Part shown: positions 25,291 through 36,110 of the stretch, one piece after another
How positions within the stretch are numbered: the stretch's first letter is position 1
How the letters are laid out: every line of letters begins with the position of its first letter
From: Minisyncoccota bacterium
GTDB taxonomy: Bacteria; Patescibacteriota; Minisyncoccia; Minisyncoccales; JAGOPM01
Direction of reading: 5' to 3'
Length of the DNA stretch: 64,000 nt
Assembly (NCBI GenBank): GCA_041651395.1
Contig: JBAZJI010000001.1
Coordinates: 182,533 to 246,532 of the forward strand
The notes under the pieces: model-generated
Told to the model about the DNA's origin: nothing
Seen by the model: only the letters and a program-made list of their open reading frames with translations
Database searches by the model: none
Made by a program: the position numbers and the translations under genes

Positions 25291-26142
25291 ATGGAGATCC
25301 CCAAAGAAAAGCGTTTAGAGTATTTTTTGGACGGTTTGCGCCGCGGTGTTGATATCCCGATTTTGGCAAGTGAGCTTGGAGTTTCTCCAAATTCTCTTTT
25401 TGCCTATAAATCCGGATTAATGTTTTTTGGCTTATTGGATAAAATTTTGGAAAAGAACCCTGATTGCGCCAAAGAACAACAAGAGCTAGATGAACTGCAA
25501 AAATTCCGAGATCAATATCTAGTGGCTAATTGGCGAAATGCTGCCCTTGAAGAAATTTTGCAAGCGACGGGTTTTAAGAACCGTAAGGTTTTGAAAACTT
25601 ACATTCGCCGGGCTAAAAAACGTGGCGTGCCGATTCCTGAGCGCGAGTATGTGCCTCAGAATATGTATACGGCCAAAAAAGAGAAAGCTGAGCCGCTCGC
25701 TACCAATGAAAAAGTAGTTACTCGAGCACCCAGCAACCCGCCGGCTAAGCCCCAAACAGTAGAAAAGAAAAAGAGCTTGCCTGAACCGATTGAGCCATTG
25801 CCTCAGGAAGAAAAAAGACCGCCGGCCCCTGCCAGACAACCAATTATCAGTAGCTCTCTAAAAGACGGTGAAGCTATCCCGCGCGGCCCTAATGCACTCG
25901 ATAATCCCGATGAGCCGGGGACAAAAGTAAAGCTCCCGGATATGAGCCGCTATGGTGTGCTTGACCCTCCCAAAAATCCGATTAAAAAGGAACCCAGCCA
26001 CAAAGGCATGACTATGGAGGAATTTGACCAGCATCGCAGAAGACTCAACCAAGAAAAGGATAAGGCCAAAACGCCAGAAGAATTGGAACAGGAAGCCCAA
26101 GCAGCCAAAGAATTTTTCAAGGAACATTTGCCAGACTATTAG
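25291..26142 (+). CDS. Hypothetical protein, possible N-terminal HTH, Pro/Lys/Glu-rich C-terminus; SD-led
   Basis: AAGGAGG at 25280-25286; ILASELGVSPNSL resembles an HTH recognition helix. Confidence 0.75.
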   Translation: MEIPKEKRLEYFLDGLRRGVDIPILASELGVSPNSLFAYKSGLMFFGLLDKILEKNPDCAKEQQELDELQKFRDQYLVANWRNAALEEILQATGFKNRKVLKTYIRRAKKRGVPIPEREYVPQNMYTAKKEKAEPLATNEKVVTRAPSNPPAKPQTVEKKKSLPEPIEPLPQEEKRPPAPARQPIISSSLKDGEAIPRGPNALDNPDEPGTKVKLPDMSRYGVLDPPKNPIKKEPSHKGMTMEEFDQHRRRLNQEKDKAKTPEELEQEAQAAKEFFKEHLPDY

Positions 26143-26193
26143 CCCGCCAAACGGGTTTTTTTATTTGTCCAAAAATGCTAGACTGGAATTATT

Positions 26194-26820
26194 ATGGATT
26201 TTGGCATTCAAACAATTTTTACTTTTTTAGTTTTGTATTTTTCTGTGGTTATCCATGAATTGGCACATGCTTACGTGGCTTATTCCATGGGAGATAACAC
26301 AGCGCGCAATATGGGCAGGCTCACTATAAACCCTCTGGCGCACATTGATTTATTCGGCACGATTTTGTTGCCTTTAAGCATGATTTTGGCCAATATCCGG
26401 CCGGTTTTTGGTTTTGCCAAGCCCGTGCCAATCAACCCTTATAAATTCAATGACCAAAATTGGGGGCTTTTCAAAGTGGCTTTAGCTGGTCCGCTTTCCA
26501 ATTTATCTTTGGCTTTGATTTTTGGTTTAGTCTTGCGGTTTTTGCCTATAAATAGCCCTTATGCCGCCAATTTTGCGGCCATGATAAATTTGATAGTAAT
26601 TATTAATATCGGTTTGTTTTCTTTTAATATTTTGCCCATTCCGCCTTTAGATGGTTCTGATATTTTTGGCCAGTGGCTGCCATTTTTACGCCGCGTTAAG
26701 CACACGATGAATTTTTATATGCAGTTTGTGCTTTTGTGGTTTGTGCTTTATGTGGCCGGGGATTATGTTTATTATTTTGCCATGTTTTTATATAAGTTGA
26801 TTACTGGCATCTCATTTTAA
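26194..26820 (+). CDS. Site-2 protease (peptidase M50) family protein
   Basis: HELAH, GRLTINPLAHID, VALAGP, FNILPIPPLDG. Confidence 0.92.
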   Translation: MDFGIQTIFTFLVLYFSVVIHELAHAYVAYSMGDNTARNMGRLTINPLAHIDLFGTILLPLSMILANIRPVFGFAKPVPINPYKFNDQNWGLFKVALAGPLSNLSLALIFGLVLRFLPINSPYAANFAAMINLIVIINIGLFSFNILPIPPLDGSDIFGQWLPFLRRVKHTMNFYMQFVLLWFVLYVAGDYVYYFAMFLYKLITGISF

Positions 26821-26854
26821 TAAAAAGCAGGGGAGATAACCCCTGTTTTTGTAT

Positions 26855-26883
26855 TTGACAAAAATAAAATAAAATGCTATAAT
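26855..26883 (+). promoter_or_regulatory. Consensus sigma70 promoter
   Basis: TTGACA-aaaataaaataaaatgc-TATAAT. Confidence 0.8.
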
Positions 26884-26954
26884 TAATATATTGTAAAGAA
26901 GGCAGAAAAGCCTGATTTGTACAAGAACAAATATACAACGATTATTAGGAGGAA

Positions 26955-27164
26955 ATGATGAAAAGAATAGTTACGATCGCTCTCTGTTTTGCGGTTCTAG
27001 TCATGTGTTGCGCTACACTGATAGGATGCATTGGCGACGGCAGGAGTTTTGACGGGAAAGAATACGACCCCTTCAACGACAGGTGGAGCCCGCTTTACAA
27101 GCTTAACCCTCTGCGCCATCTTGATCCGCTCAAAGACCTCAGTCCCTGGAATTGGGACGAGTGA
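26955..27164 (+). CDS. Small putative lipoprotein (69 aa); SD-led
   Basis: AGGAGG at 26947-26952; signal peptide with LIGC lipobox; own promoter and terminator (27180-27202). Confidence 0.7.
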   Translation: MMKRIVTIALCFAVLVMCCATLIGCIGDGRSFDGKEYDPFNDRWSPLYKLNPLRHLDPLKDLSPWNWDE

Positions 27165-27389
27165 AAACATTAATCACATAGCCGCACATCTGTGCGGCTT
27201 TTATTATGAAAACAGCTTGTTTTATAAGTATTTGTTCTTATTGATTTTTTATGGATATTATGTTATAATTAAACATTCACGTTCGCTAAAAATTGTAGAG
27301 GTTTTTACCTAAAATGCCTGATAATTGCAGGCGCGATATTTTAAGCGTAGTAATATCAAATCAAGATTGATTTGATAAGGAGGAATTTT

Positions 27390-27908
27390 ATGACAGGCAA
27401 TGAGCCCGTGACTTCTGCTGATTTGTTGGCAATACCAAATAGCGCAGTGTCGCAAGAGCAAAGTATCCAGATGCTGGCCGATGATTTCGTAGAGGCTATT
27501 GTGGAAGTTTTGGCAAATTTCAAAAATGGCCAAAACATTAACTCATGCACTCTAAGTAATCTATTTGGCAAGCCAACACTTTCTTTTACTCTGTCGCCGG
27601 CACTTGGGCGCGCTTATGACTCAGGGGGAATAATACTTAGCAGTTTATTTTCTCTGGCCAGGGCGAAATTTGTCGAAAGGGAGCAACGGGCGTGCAGGCA
27701 ACTCTATGAGCCATATGTCTGGGGCACGACTATCAAATACTACAGTTTTTCCGAATGTGTTAAGGTGCCGCCAAGCGTCTGGGGTATCGTAAGAAAGAAG
27801 CTGCTGGCGAAGGGCTACGCGGTTTACAAACTATTTGAAAGGTTTGATGGCGGAGAAGCATTTCCTCATTATTTCTATCTAGAAATAATGATCGGCCCGC
27901 TCACTTAA
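27390..27908 (+). CDS. Hypothetical protein (172 aa); SD-led
   Basis: AAGGAGG at 27377-27383 before ATG 27390; promoter TTGATT-17-TATAAT at 27241-27269; terminator 27927-27950. Confidence 0.7.
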   Translation: MTGNEPVTSADLLAIPNSAVSQEQSIQMLADDFVEAIVEVLANFKNGQNINSCTLSNLFGKPTLSFTLSPALGRAYDSGGIILSSLFSLARAKFVEREQRACRQLYEPYVWGTTIKYYSFSECVKVPPSVWGIVRKKLLAKGYAVYKLFERFDGGEAFPHYFYLEIMIGPLT

Positions 27909-27962
27909 GTTAAAGATAATCAGGATAGCCCCACATTGTGGGGCTCTTTTTATACTCAGGTA

Positions 27963-27991
27963 TTGACAATATTGGGTTTTCCGCTTATCAT
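27963..27991 (+). promoter_or_regulatory. str operon promoter
   Basis: TTGACA-17-TATCAT about 220 nt upstream of rpsL. Confidence 0.7.
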
Positions 27992-28211
27992 GATTTCGCG
28001 AAAGAAAACTTCGCGCTACAATTTTCCTTTGATAGAAGACGCTGAAAACCTAGGCGGGGAACTGCCCGGGATAATAAACGGCTCTGTTGGCATGGCTATT
28101 CCAACAGATCAGATAGAGCCAAGCGTATACGATGCAAACAAAAAATTGTGGGGTTACGGAGTTTTAACTTCATTTTTTGTATTATCAAAACCAGAAATTA
28201 TAAAGAAAACT

Positions 28212-28640
28212 ATGCCGACAGTACATCAGCTATTAAAACACGGCAGGAAAGCCACAAAGAAGAGGTCCAAAACCTTGGCTTTGACATACGGCTTTAATAC
28301 CAAGAAAAATAAACCGGTTGGCTATTTTGCGCCTTTTAAGCGTGGAATTTGCATTAAGGTCACAACTACGACCCCTAAAAAACCGAACTCAGCTTTGCGT
28401 AAAATCGCCAAGGTTCGCCTTTCTAATGGCCATGAAGTGACTGCTTATATCCCAGGTGTGGGACATAATTTACAGGAGCACTCCGTGGTTATGATCCGTG
28501 GCGGCAGGGTAAAAGACTTGCCTGGTGTCCGCTATCACATTGTGCGTGGTGTCCTCGATACCACTGGCGTGGAAGGTCGCAAACGCGGAAGGTCATTATA
28601 TGGTGCCAAAAGGCCCAAGGCTGGAAAAACTGGAAAATAA
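28212..28640 (+). CDS. rpsL: 30S ribosomal protein S12
   Basis: [30 protein letters not shown]; start at 28212. Confidence 0.97.
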   Translation: MPTVHQLLKHGRKATKKRSKTLALTYGFNTKKNKPVGYFAPFKRGICIKVTTTTPKKPNSALRKIAKVRLSNGHEVTAYIPGVGHNLQEHSVVMIRGGRVKDLPGVRYHIVRGVLDTTGVEGRKRGRSLYGAKRPKAGKTGK

Positions 28641-28659
28641 TTAAGGACAAAGGACAAAT

Positions 28660-29121
28660 ATGGCTAAGAAATTTGTAAAAAAAGAACTGTCCCCTGACCC
28701 CATTTATAACAGTGTCCTCATTAGCAAGCTAGTGAACTATGTTATGAAAAAAGGCCAGAAACAGACTGCTCGCAAGATTGTTTACGGTGCTTTTGAAATC
28801 GTTAAGGGCAAAACCAATCAAGAGCCCATGGACGTTTTTAACAGTGCTATCCGCAACGCCAGACCGTTGTTGGAAATTAAACCAAGGCGCGTGGGAGGTG
28901 CCGTTTATCAAGTTCCTAAGGAGGTTGATGAGCAGCGCGGAACCGTTTTAGCCTTGCGCTGGATTTTGGAGGCCTCCCGCAAGAAAAAGGGCAAGCCCTT
29001 GGCGCAGAAGCTGGCCAACGAAATCATGGAAACTGCCAATGGGCAGGGAGATGCTATCCGCAAGAAAGAGAACGTGCACAAGATGGCTGAGGCCAACAGG
29101 TCATTTGCCCACCTTGGATAA
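28660..29121 (+). CDS. rpsG: 30S ribosomal protein S7
   Basis: PDPIYNS, RRVGGAVYQVP, HKMAEANRSFAH. Confidence 0.97.
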   Translation: MAKKFVKKELSPDPIYNSVLISKLVNYVMKKGQKQTARKIVYGAFEIVKGKTNQEPMDVFNSAIRNARPLLEIKPRRVGGAVYQVPKEVDEQRGTVLALRWILEASRKKKGKPLAQKLANEIMETANGQGDAIRKKENVHKMAEANRSFAHLG

Positions 29122-29156
29122 AAAATTAATAGTTATAAATTTTACACTAATTAACT

Positions 29157-31259
29157 ATGCCTCGCATTGTACCCATTGAGAGATACCGCAATATCGGGAT
29201 TATCGCTCACATTGACGCTGGTAAAACAACTACCACAGAGCGTATTTTGTATTACACGGGTGTGACTCACAAAATCGGTGACATTGACGAAGGAAATACC
29301 ACGACTGACTGGATGGTTCAGGAAAAGGAGCGCGGAATCACTATTACTTCCGCGGCTATTACCGCTTTTTGGACTCCGCAGGATTTGCCCAAGACCAAGG
29401 ACAACCAATATTTGATTAACGTTATCGATACCCCAGGACACATTGACTTTACGGCCGAAGTTATCCGCTCGCTGCGCGTGCTGGATGGCGCGGTCGTCGT
29501 TTTTGATGGAGTTTCCGGTGTCGAACCACAGTCTGAAACCGTTTGGAGGCAGGCTGATGATTACAAAGTTCCGCGCATGTGCTTCATCAATAAGTTAGAC
29601 CGCATGGGCGCTTCCTTTGTTGATTCTTTTAATTCCATTTTACATAAGCTCACGCCTAATGCCGTGGCCATGCAGATTCCGATTGGCTTGGAAGCCAATC
29701 ACAAAGGTATAGTGGATTTGCTCAAAATGAAAGCCTATTATTTCGAAGGAGATATGGGCCAGAATGTCATTGAAAAGGATATCCCCGAGGAGCTTAAAGC
29801 TGAAGCTAAAGAGTGGCATGACAAGATGGTTGAGCACATTTGCGGCAATGATGATGCTTTGATGGAAAAGTATTTGGGCGGAATCGAACCTAGCATCGAG
29901 GAATTGCGCAAGGCTTTAAGAAAGGCCTGCATTGCTAACAAGTTAGTGCCGGTTTTTTGTGGTTCTTCTTTGAAGAATAAAGGCACTCAACCTTTGCTCG
30001 ATGCTGTTATTTATTATTTGCCCAATCCTTTAGATATTCCTGCTGTGCAGGGAACCAATCCCAACACTGGAGAAATTGTGGAGCGCAAGACAGATGACAA
30101 GGAGCCGTTCTGCGGTTTGGCTTTTAAGATTGCCACTGACCCATTTGTGGGCAGTTTGGTTTATGTGCGTGTTTATTCGGGCGCTTTGAAAAAAGGCACC
30201 TATGCCTATAATGCCGTTTCCGGGAACAAGGAGCGCGTAGGCCGTTTGGTGCGTATGCATGCGGATAAGCGTGAAGAAATTGAGGAAATTTTGGCCGGAG
30301 ATATCGGCGCTTTTGTCGCTGGGCAAGCCAAAACCGGTCAAACTTATTGCGATGAGGATAATCCAGTAATTTTGGAAAAAGTGGAATTCCCTGATCCGGT
30401 TATTAATGCTCAGATTGAACCCAAGACCAAAGATGACCAAGAAAAAATGGGTGTGGCCTTGCGCAAACTGACCGATGAAGATCCGACTTTCAGAGTTTCT
30501 AAAAATGAGGAAACCGGGGAGACGATTATTGCCGGTATGGGAGAGCTCCATTTGGAAATTATGATTGACCGCATGCGCCGCGAGTTCAATGTGCAGATTA
30601 ACACGGGCAAGCCACAGGTTGCTTACAAAGAAACTATCCGCAAGGAAGTCGAGGCTGAAGGAAAATACATCAGGCAATCAGGGGGCCGAGGACAATATGG
30701 TCATTGTAAGATTAGGGTCAAGCCCATGGAGAGAGGTAAAGGATTCGAATTTCTTGACGAGATTAAGGGAGGTGTGATTCCGCGTGAATTCATCAATCCG
30801 ATTGAAAAGGGTATTAAGGAAGCACTGGAAAAAGGAATTGTGGCTGGATATCCGATGATTGATGTTTCTGTCACGCTTTGGGATGGTTCTTATCACGAAG
30901 TGGACTCCTCGGAAATGGCGTTTAAGATCGCCGGCTCCATGGCCGTTCAAGAGGCCGCCCGCAACGCCAGCCCGGTGCTTTTAGAGCCGATAATGAATTG
31001 TGAGATTATCATGCCGCCGGAATACTTCGGTGACGTGATCGGGGATGTCAATTCTCGCCGCGGGCGCATTGAGGATACTTTCGACAGAATGAATCTTAAA
31101 GTCGTAAAAGCCAAAGTGCCTCTAGCCAATATGTTTGGCTACATGACCACTCTGCGCTCTATTACGCAGGGACGCGGAACATTCACTATGCAATTCCACG
31201 ATTACGAAGAAGTTCCGGCCAATATTGCTAAAGAAATTATCGAAGGAAGGAAAAAATAA
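29157..31259 (+). CDS. fusA: Elongation factor G
   Basis: [38 protein letters not shown]. Confidence 0.98.
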   Translation: MPRIVPIERYRNIGIIAHIDAGKTTTTERILYYTGVTHKIGDIDEGNTTTDWMVQEKERGITITSAAITAFWTPQDLPKTKDNQYLINVIDTPGHIDFTAEVIRSLRVLDGAVVVFDGVSGVEPQSETVWRQADDYKVPRMCFINKLDRMGASFVDSFNSILHKLTPNAVAMQIPIGLEANHKGIVDLLKMKAYYFEGDMGQNVIEKDIPEELKAEAKEWHDKMVEHICGNDDALMEKYLGGIEPSIEELRKALRKACIANKLVPVFCGSSLKNKGTQPLLDAVIYYLPNPLDIPAVQGTNPNTGEIVERKTDDKEPFCGLAFKIATDPFVGSLVYVRVYSGALKKGTYAYNAVSGNKERVGRLVRMHADKREEIEEILAGDIGAFVAGQAKTGQTYCDEDNPVILEKVEFPDPVINAQIEPKTKDDQEKMGVALRKLTDEDPTFRVSKNEETGETIIAGMGELHLEIMIDRMRREFNVQINTGKPQVAYKETIRKEVEAEGKYIRQSGGRGQYGHCKIRVKPMERGKGFEFLDEIKGGVIPREFINPIEKGIKEALEKGIVAGYPMIDVSVTLWDGSYHEVDSSEMAFKIAGSMAVQEAARNASPVLLEPIMNCEIIMPPEYFGDVIGDVNSRRGRIEDTFDRMNLKVVKAKVPLANMFGYMTTLRSITQGRGTFTMQFHDYEEVPANIAKEIIEGRKK

Positions 31260-31273
31260 GTTAACAAAAGGGT

Positions 31274-31543
31274 ATGGATATCAATGACATAAAAAAAATG
31301 ATGAGGTCGCGCAATGATAAGGTCGTCATCATTGAGAATGGTAAGCCGATTATGGTTGTAATGCCTTATGAGGGCTATGAGCAGATTTCTTTGGCTTTGC
31401 CGGAGTTGCCGCTTTCCAAGGAGGAGAGTAAGGCTCTACCCGGGACCAAAACGCCAGCTGTTCAGCCGCATAGTCCTGCGCCGCAGGAGAAGACAGAAAA
31501 TGAAAACGACAAGCTCAATCTTAATGACCTCCCATTCCTCTAA
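31274..31543 (+). CDS. Small protein with Phd/YefM-like N-terminal domain
   Basis: KVVIIENGKPIMVVMPYEGYE resembles the Phd/YefM DNA-binding fold; disordered tail ending DLPFL. Confidence 0.6.
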   Translation: MDINDIKKMMRSRNDKVVIIENGKPIMVVMPYEGYEQISLALPELPLSKEESKALPGTKTPAVQPHSPAPQEKTENENDKLNLNDLPFL

Positions 31544-31550
31544 TAAACCC

Positions 31551-31578
31551 TTGACTTATAAAGAGATTTTGGTACAAT
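31551..31578 (+). promoter_or_regulatory. Internal promoter upstream of tuf
   Basis: TTGACT-16-TACAAT with TG. Confidence 0.6.
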
Positions 31579-31649
31579 AAATACGTCAAAAATCCATTAA
31601 AATAAAAAATAAAAATCGCCCTTTGGGCAAAATAAAATAAATAAAAAAT

Positions 31650-32849
31650 ATGGCAGATAAAGCGAAATTCGAAAGGGGTAAGCCCCACCTTAATATCGGT
31701 ACCATCGGCCACGTTGACCATGGTAAAACCTCGCTCACTTCCGCTATCTTGCACACTCTCCACTTGGAGGGTTTGCCAGTGGATGAGCGCTCAGTCGACC
31801 AAATCGACAGTTCTCCTGAGGAAAAAGCTCGTGGAGTAACTATTAACATTTCCCACCTCGAGTACGAGACTAAGAATAGGCACTACGCCCACATTGACTG
31901 CCCCGGACACGCAGACTATGTCAAGAATATGATTACCGGTGCGGCCCAAATGGACGGTACTATTCTGGTAGTTTCCGCCGCTGACGGCGCCATGCCTCAG
32001 ACCCGGGAACACATCATTTTGGTCCGCCAAGTCGGTGTGCCCGCCATCGTCGTTTTCCTCAACAAGTGCGACATGGTTGATGATAAAGAAATGATTGATT
32101 TGGTTGAACAGGAAGTTCGTGAACTTTTGAAAAAATATAAATTCCCCGGCGATGAAATTCCTTTCATCCGCGGTTCTGCTACCAAGGCTTTGGAACAAAC
32201 TTCCACTGACAATGAATGGTCAAAGGCTATTCTTGATTTGATGGCGGCCTGTGATTCTTATATCCCGGCTCCGACCCGCGAAACCGATAAGCCTTTCTTG
32301 ATGGCTGTCGAAGATGTTATGACCATTTCTGGCCGCGGCACTGTGGCTACTGGTCGTATCGAGCGCGGTGTGGTTAACGCTAACGATGAAGTTGAAATCG
32401 TCGGTTTGCGCGAAACCCAGAAGACCACCGTGGTCTCCTTGGAAATGTTTAAGAAGATTTTGGATCAGGCTATGGCCGGAGACAATGTCGGTATCTTGCT
32501 TCGAGGTTTGAAGAAAGAAGATTTGGAGCGCGGTCAGGTTCTTTGCAAACCCGGCTCCATCACTCCGCACACGGAATTTGAAGCCAGTATTTACGTTATG
32601 ACCAAAGAAGAGGGTGGCCGCCACACGGCATTTGCCAAAGGCTATAAGCCCCAATTCTACATGAGGACTACCGACGTTACCGGTGAGGTTAGTCTCCCGG
32701 AGGGCGTGGAAATCGTCATGCCCGGTGACACTGTTAACATCAAGGTCAAATTGATTGCTCCTATCGCCTTGGAAGAGCAACAGAAGTTCGCTATCCGCGA
32801 GGGTGGCCGGACTGTGGGCGCTGGAGTTATCACCAAGATAATTGCGTAA
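31650..32849 (+). CDS. tuf: Elongation factor Tu
   Basis: [43 protein letters not shown]. Confidence 0.98.
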   Translation: MADKAKFERGKPHLNIGTIGHVDHGKTSLTSAILHTLHLEGLPVDERSVDQIDSSPEEKARGVTINISHLEYETKNRHYAHIDCPGHADYVKNMITGAAQMDGTILVVSAADGAMPQTREHIILVRQVGVPAIVVFLNKCDMVDDKEMIDLVEQEVRELLKKYKFPGDEIPFIRGSATKALEQTSTDNEWSKAILDLMAACDSYIPAPTRETDKPFLMAVEDVMTISGRGTVATGRIERGVVNANDEVEIVGLRETQKTTVVSLEMFKKILDQAMAGDNVGILLRGLKKEDLERGQVLCKPGSITPHTEFEASIYVMTKEEGGRHTAFAKGYKPQFYMRTTDVTGEVSLPEGVEIVMPGDTVNIKVKLIAPIALEEQQKFAIREGGRTVGAGVITKIIA

Positions 32850-32883
32850 GTTATTACCAATCTAAGTAAGCAAAGGCACTACC

Positions 32884-33213
32884 ATGGCAGTAAAAAAGGA
32901 AGAAATAAAACAAAAATTACGGGTAAAGTTAAGAGCATATGACCACAAGGTCATTGACAATGGCGCGAAACAAATCGTTGATATGGTTACGCGCCATGGT
33001 GGCAATGCCGTGGGTCCTGTGCCTTTGCCTACCGAGATTAAAAAGTTTACAGTCAACCGCTCCACCTTCGTCCACAAGGACGCTCGGGAGCAGTTTGAAA
33101 TGCGCATACACAAGCGCATGATCGACATTGTCGGCCCCAACCAGAAGGTTATTGAGTCACTGCGCGACATTAACCTCCCGGCCGGAGTGGATATTGAGGT
33201 CAAAATGTACTGA
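32884..33213 (+). CDS. rpsJ: 30S ribosomal protein S10
   Basis: RVKLRAYDH, GPVPLPT, REQFEMRIHKR. Confidence 0.97.
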   Translation: MAVKKEEIKQKLRVKLRAYDHKVIDNGAKQIVDMVTRHGGNAVGPVPLPTEIKKFTVNRSTFVHKDAREQFEMRIHKRMIDIVGPNQKVIESLRDINLPAGVDIEVKMY

Positions 33214-33336
33214 TAAAAACCTAATACATTTCCAATAGCGCTGCCCCAAAATGGGCGCGCCAAGAAATACAGATATCGGTGTTAACCGGATTCATTTGCC
33301 GGGTTAGCCCCGGCATTTGATTTACCCTAAATAAAT

Positions 33337-33930
33337 ATGAAATTCATTGTAGGAAAAAAATTGAAGATGGGTCAGATTTGGAAGGATAACAAGGTTATCC
33401 CTGTTACCATTGTGGAAGCAGGGCCTTGCACTGTCACCCAAGTCAAAGAAAAAGAAAAGGACGGCTATAATGGCGTCCAGGTTGGTTTTGGCAAAATCGA
33501 AAAAGAATCCAAAATCACCAAGTCGCTCAAAGCCAAGCCCTTCGACCATTTGAAAGAATGTTCGATCGAGGCACAGGTAAAAGTGGGCGACATTTTAGAT
33601 GTGTCACAATTCGCTGAAGGCGACATTATTAAAGTCGCCGGCGTCAGCAAGGGAAAAGGTAACCAAGGTCCGGCCAAGCGTTATGGTTTCCGCGGAGCAG
33701 CTTCGGCTACTCACGGTAACAAACATAACCACAGGACCACTGGTTCTATTGGTTCCCGCTGGCCGCAAAGGGTGGTGCCCGGCAAGAAAATGGCCGGCCG
33801 CATGGGCGGAATTCGCACTACTGTCAGCGGTTTGATTGTTGTAAAAATTGATAAGGAGCAGAACTTAATTGCAATAAAGGGCGCAGTTCCAGGCCATGCC
33901 GGCACACTCCTTGAAATCACTGCCAAGTGA
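33337..33930 (+). CDS. rplC: 50S ribosomal protein L3
   Basis: GKKLKM, PVTIVEAGPC, SKGKG, GKKMAGRMG. Confidence 0.96.
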   Translation: MKFIVGKKLKMGQIWKDNKVIPVTIVEAGPCTVTQVKEKEKDGYNGVQVGFGKIEKESKITKSLKAKPFDHLKECSIEAQVKVGDILDVSQFAEGDIIKVAGVSKGKGNQGPAKRYGFRGAASATHGNKHNHRTTGSIGSRWPQRVVPGKKMAGRMGGIRTTVSGLIVVKIDKEQNLIAIKGAVPGHAGTLLEITAK

Positions 33931-33951
33931 TTGAAGTAATAATCCGAAACT

Positions 33952-34581
33952 ATGAACTTCGAAACTTATAACCAAAAAGGATCAAAGGCAGGAGAAATTA
34001 CTCTTCCCGAGGAGATTTTCGGTTTGGCTATTAATAATAATTTACTCCACCAAGTTGCCGTTTCCCAGGCTTCTAACCGCCGCGAAAGCCATGCCCATAC
34101 CAAAGACAGGGGCGAGGTAGCCGGCACTGGTAAGAAACCTTGGAAGCAAAAAGGCACTGGCCGCGCTCGCGCTGGCTCCGTGCGCTCACCGTTATGGCGC
34201 AAGGGAGGTATTACTTTTGGCCCGCGCAATGAACGCAGCTATAAAAAAGAAATCCCGGCCAAGATGCGCCGCAAGGCTTTGTTTATGGCGCTTTCCGGTA
34301 AATTGGCCGACAATGAACTGATAATTTTGGATGCTTTGCAATCCGAAAAAGGCAAGACCAAAGAAATGGCTGAACTCTTTGCCAAATTGCCCGTTGGTAA
34401 AGCGACTGTTTTAGTGGCTTTACAAAAACATGAGCCGGCCTTGGTCAAAGCGATTTTTAATTTGAAAAATGTAAAAGTCTTGGAGGTCCGCAATTTGAAT
34501 TCTTTGGACGTTTTGAACAGCAAATATTTTGTGACCACCAAGGGCGGCATTGAAGAATTGAAAAAGGTTTTTCTCAAATAA
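33952..34581 (+). CDS. rplD: 50S ribosomal protein L4
   Basis: KPWKQKGTGRARAGSVRSPLWRKGG. Confidence 0.97.
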   Translation: MNFETYNQKGSKAGEITLPEEIFGLAINNNLLHQVAVSQASNRRESHAHTKDRGEVAGTGKKPWKQKGTGRARAGSVRSPLWRKGGITFGPRNERSYKKEIPAKMRRKALFMALSGKLADNELIILDALQSEKGKTKEMAELFAKLPVGKATVLVALQKHEPALVKAIFNLKNVKVLEVRNLNSLDVLNSKYFVTTKGGIEELKKVFLK

Positions 34582-34598
34582 CCAGATAAATCACTACC

Positions 34599-34931
34599 AT
34601 GGCTAAACAAGAAGAACAAAAAAATACTATCAAGCGGGAGAATACCAAACCTGAAAAAAACTTCAGTGTCATTCGCAAGCCTTTAGTGACCGAGAAGGCC
34701 GCTATGCTTGCCCAAAACAACAAGTACGTTTTTTCAGTCGATAAGCGCGCCAACAAGCACCAGATCGCCCAAACAGTGGAAAAACTTTATAAGGTGCATG
34801 TTGTCGATGTTAATGTTTCCAAGATTCCGGCCAAGCGCAAGGGTTTTGGAAGACTTGCCGGAAGTAAAGCCGCTGTTTACAAGGCTATCGTGACTGTTAA
34901 AGCCGGGGAAAAAATAGAAATATTCCAATAA
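34599..34931 (+). CDS. rplW: 50S ribosomal protein L23
   Basis: PLVTEKA, NKYVFSV, YKAIVT. Confidence 0.95.
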   Translation: MAKQEEQKNTIKRENTKPEKNFSVIRKPLVTEKAAMLAQNNKYVFSVDKRANKHQIAQTVEKLYKVHVVDVNVSKIPAKRKGFGRLAGSKAAVYKAIVTVKAGEKIEIFQ

Positions 34932-34932
34932 C

Positions 34933-35757
34933 ATGATGAAGCATCACAAGCCTACAACTCAAACCCAGAGGCATACGGTTACCGAAGACTTTTCTCTTCT
35001 CACCAAAAAGAGGCCGGAAAGAGCTTTGACTTTTTTCCGCAAGAAGAACTCTGGTCACAATAGCGCCGGGAGAATTTCTACGCGCCACAAAGGCGGCGGC
35101 CACAAGCAGCTTTATCGTTTTGTGGAATATGGCCAGAAGGAAATGTTGGGCCAGACTGGCAAAGTTATTGCTTTGGAATATGATCCGAACAGGACCGCCT
35201 TCATTAATTTGGTGGATTTTGGCGGAAAGAAATTTTATGTAATCGCTCCGCAGGGCCTTAATGTCGGTGACGCAATTACTTTTGCGGAAAAAGCCGAGAT
35301 TAAAGTGGGTAATCGCATGAAGTTGAAAAATATCCCCGTGGGAACATCGGTTTTCAACGTGGAGATCCAGCCTGATCAAGGCGGCAAGCTTATCAAAGCT
35401 GCCGGCAGCTCAGCCATTGTTTTGGCTAATGAAAATGGCGTGACTAACTTAAAAATGCCTTCCAGCGAAGTGCGCACTATTAATGATGAATGCTATGCCA
35501 CCGTGGGTGCCATTTCCAGACCCGAGCACAAATATGTCAAATTAGGTAAAGCCGGCCGCAGCCGTTGGAAAGGCATCAGGCCTACTGTTAGAGGTACGGT
35601 TATGAATCCTGTTGACCATCCGCATGGAGGTGGAGAAGGAAGGCAACCGCTTGGTATGTCTGCTCCTAAGACTCCTTGGGGAAAGATTGCCAGAGGTGTT
35701 AAAACCCGCAAACGCAAATATACCAATAAATATATTCTTGCCCGCCGGACTAAATAA
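34933..35757 (+). CDS. rplB: 50S ribosomal protein L2
   Basis: [27 protein letters not shown]. Confidence 0.97.
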   Translation: MMKHHKPTTQTQRHTVTEDFSLLTKKRPERALTFFRKKNSGHNSAGRISTRHKGGGHKQLYRFVEYGQKEMLGQTGKVIALEYDPNRTAFINLVDFGGKKFYVIAPQGLNVGDAITFAEKAEIKVGNRMKLKNIPVGTSVFNVEIQPDQGGKLIKAAGSSAIVLANENGVTNLKMPSSEVRTINDECYATVGAISRPEHKYVKLGKAGRSRWKGIRPTVRGTVMNPVDHPHGGGEGRQPLGMSAPKTPWGKIARGVKTRKRKYTNKYILARRTK

Positions 35758-35768
35758 TATCAACTACT

Positions 35769-36101
35769 ATGTCTAGATCACTTAAGAAAGGGCCTTATGT
35801 TGACGAAAAACTTTTAGGAAAAGTTAAGTCAGCCAAGGACAAAACAATCATAAAGACTTGGTCCCGCGATTGCACCATCGTGCCCGAATTTGTCGGCCGC
35901 ACTTTTGGAGTGCATAATGGCAAAGAATTTATTGCTGTGGCTGTTAATGAAGAAATGGTTGGCCATAAGCTCGGGGAATTTTCTCCCTCTACCAAGTTCT
36001 CCCGCCACGGAGGTAAAAAGCAGAAGGAACTTGAAGGTAAAGCCGCTGCAGTTGCTGCCGCTTCTACCGCCGCTGCCCAAACCGAACCTACCAAGAAATA
36101 A
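35769..36101 (+). CDS. rpsS: 30S ribosomal protein S19
   Basis: [23 protein letters not shown]. Confidence 0.97.
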   Translation: MSRSLKKGPYVDEKLLGKVKSAKDKTIIKTWSRDCTIVPEFVGRTFGVHNGKEFIAVAVNEEMVGHKLGEFSPSTKFSRHGGKKQKELEGKAAAVAAASTAAAQTEPTKK

Positions 36102-36110
36102 TAAACTACC

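Noticed and set aside
27936-28211. 92-aa N-terminal extension of S12 in the ORF track
   Set aside because: It runs through a terminator and the str promoter; the conserved MPT start is at 28212
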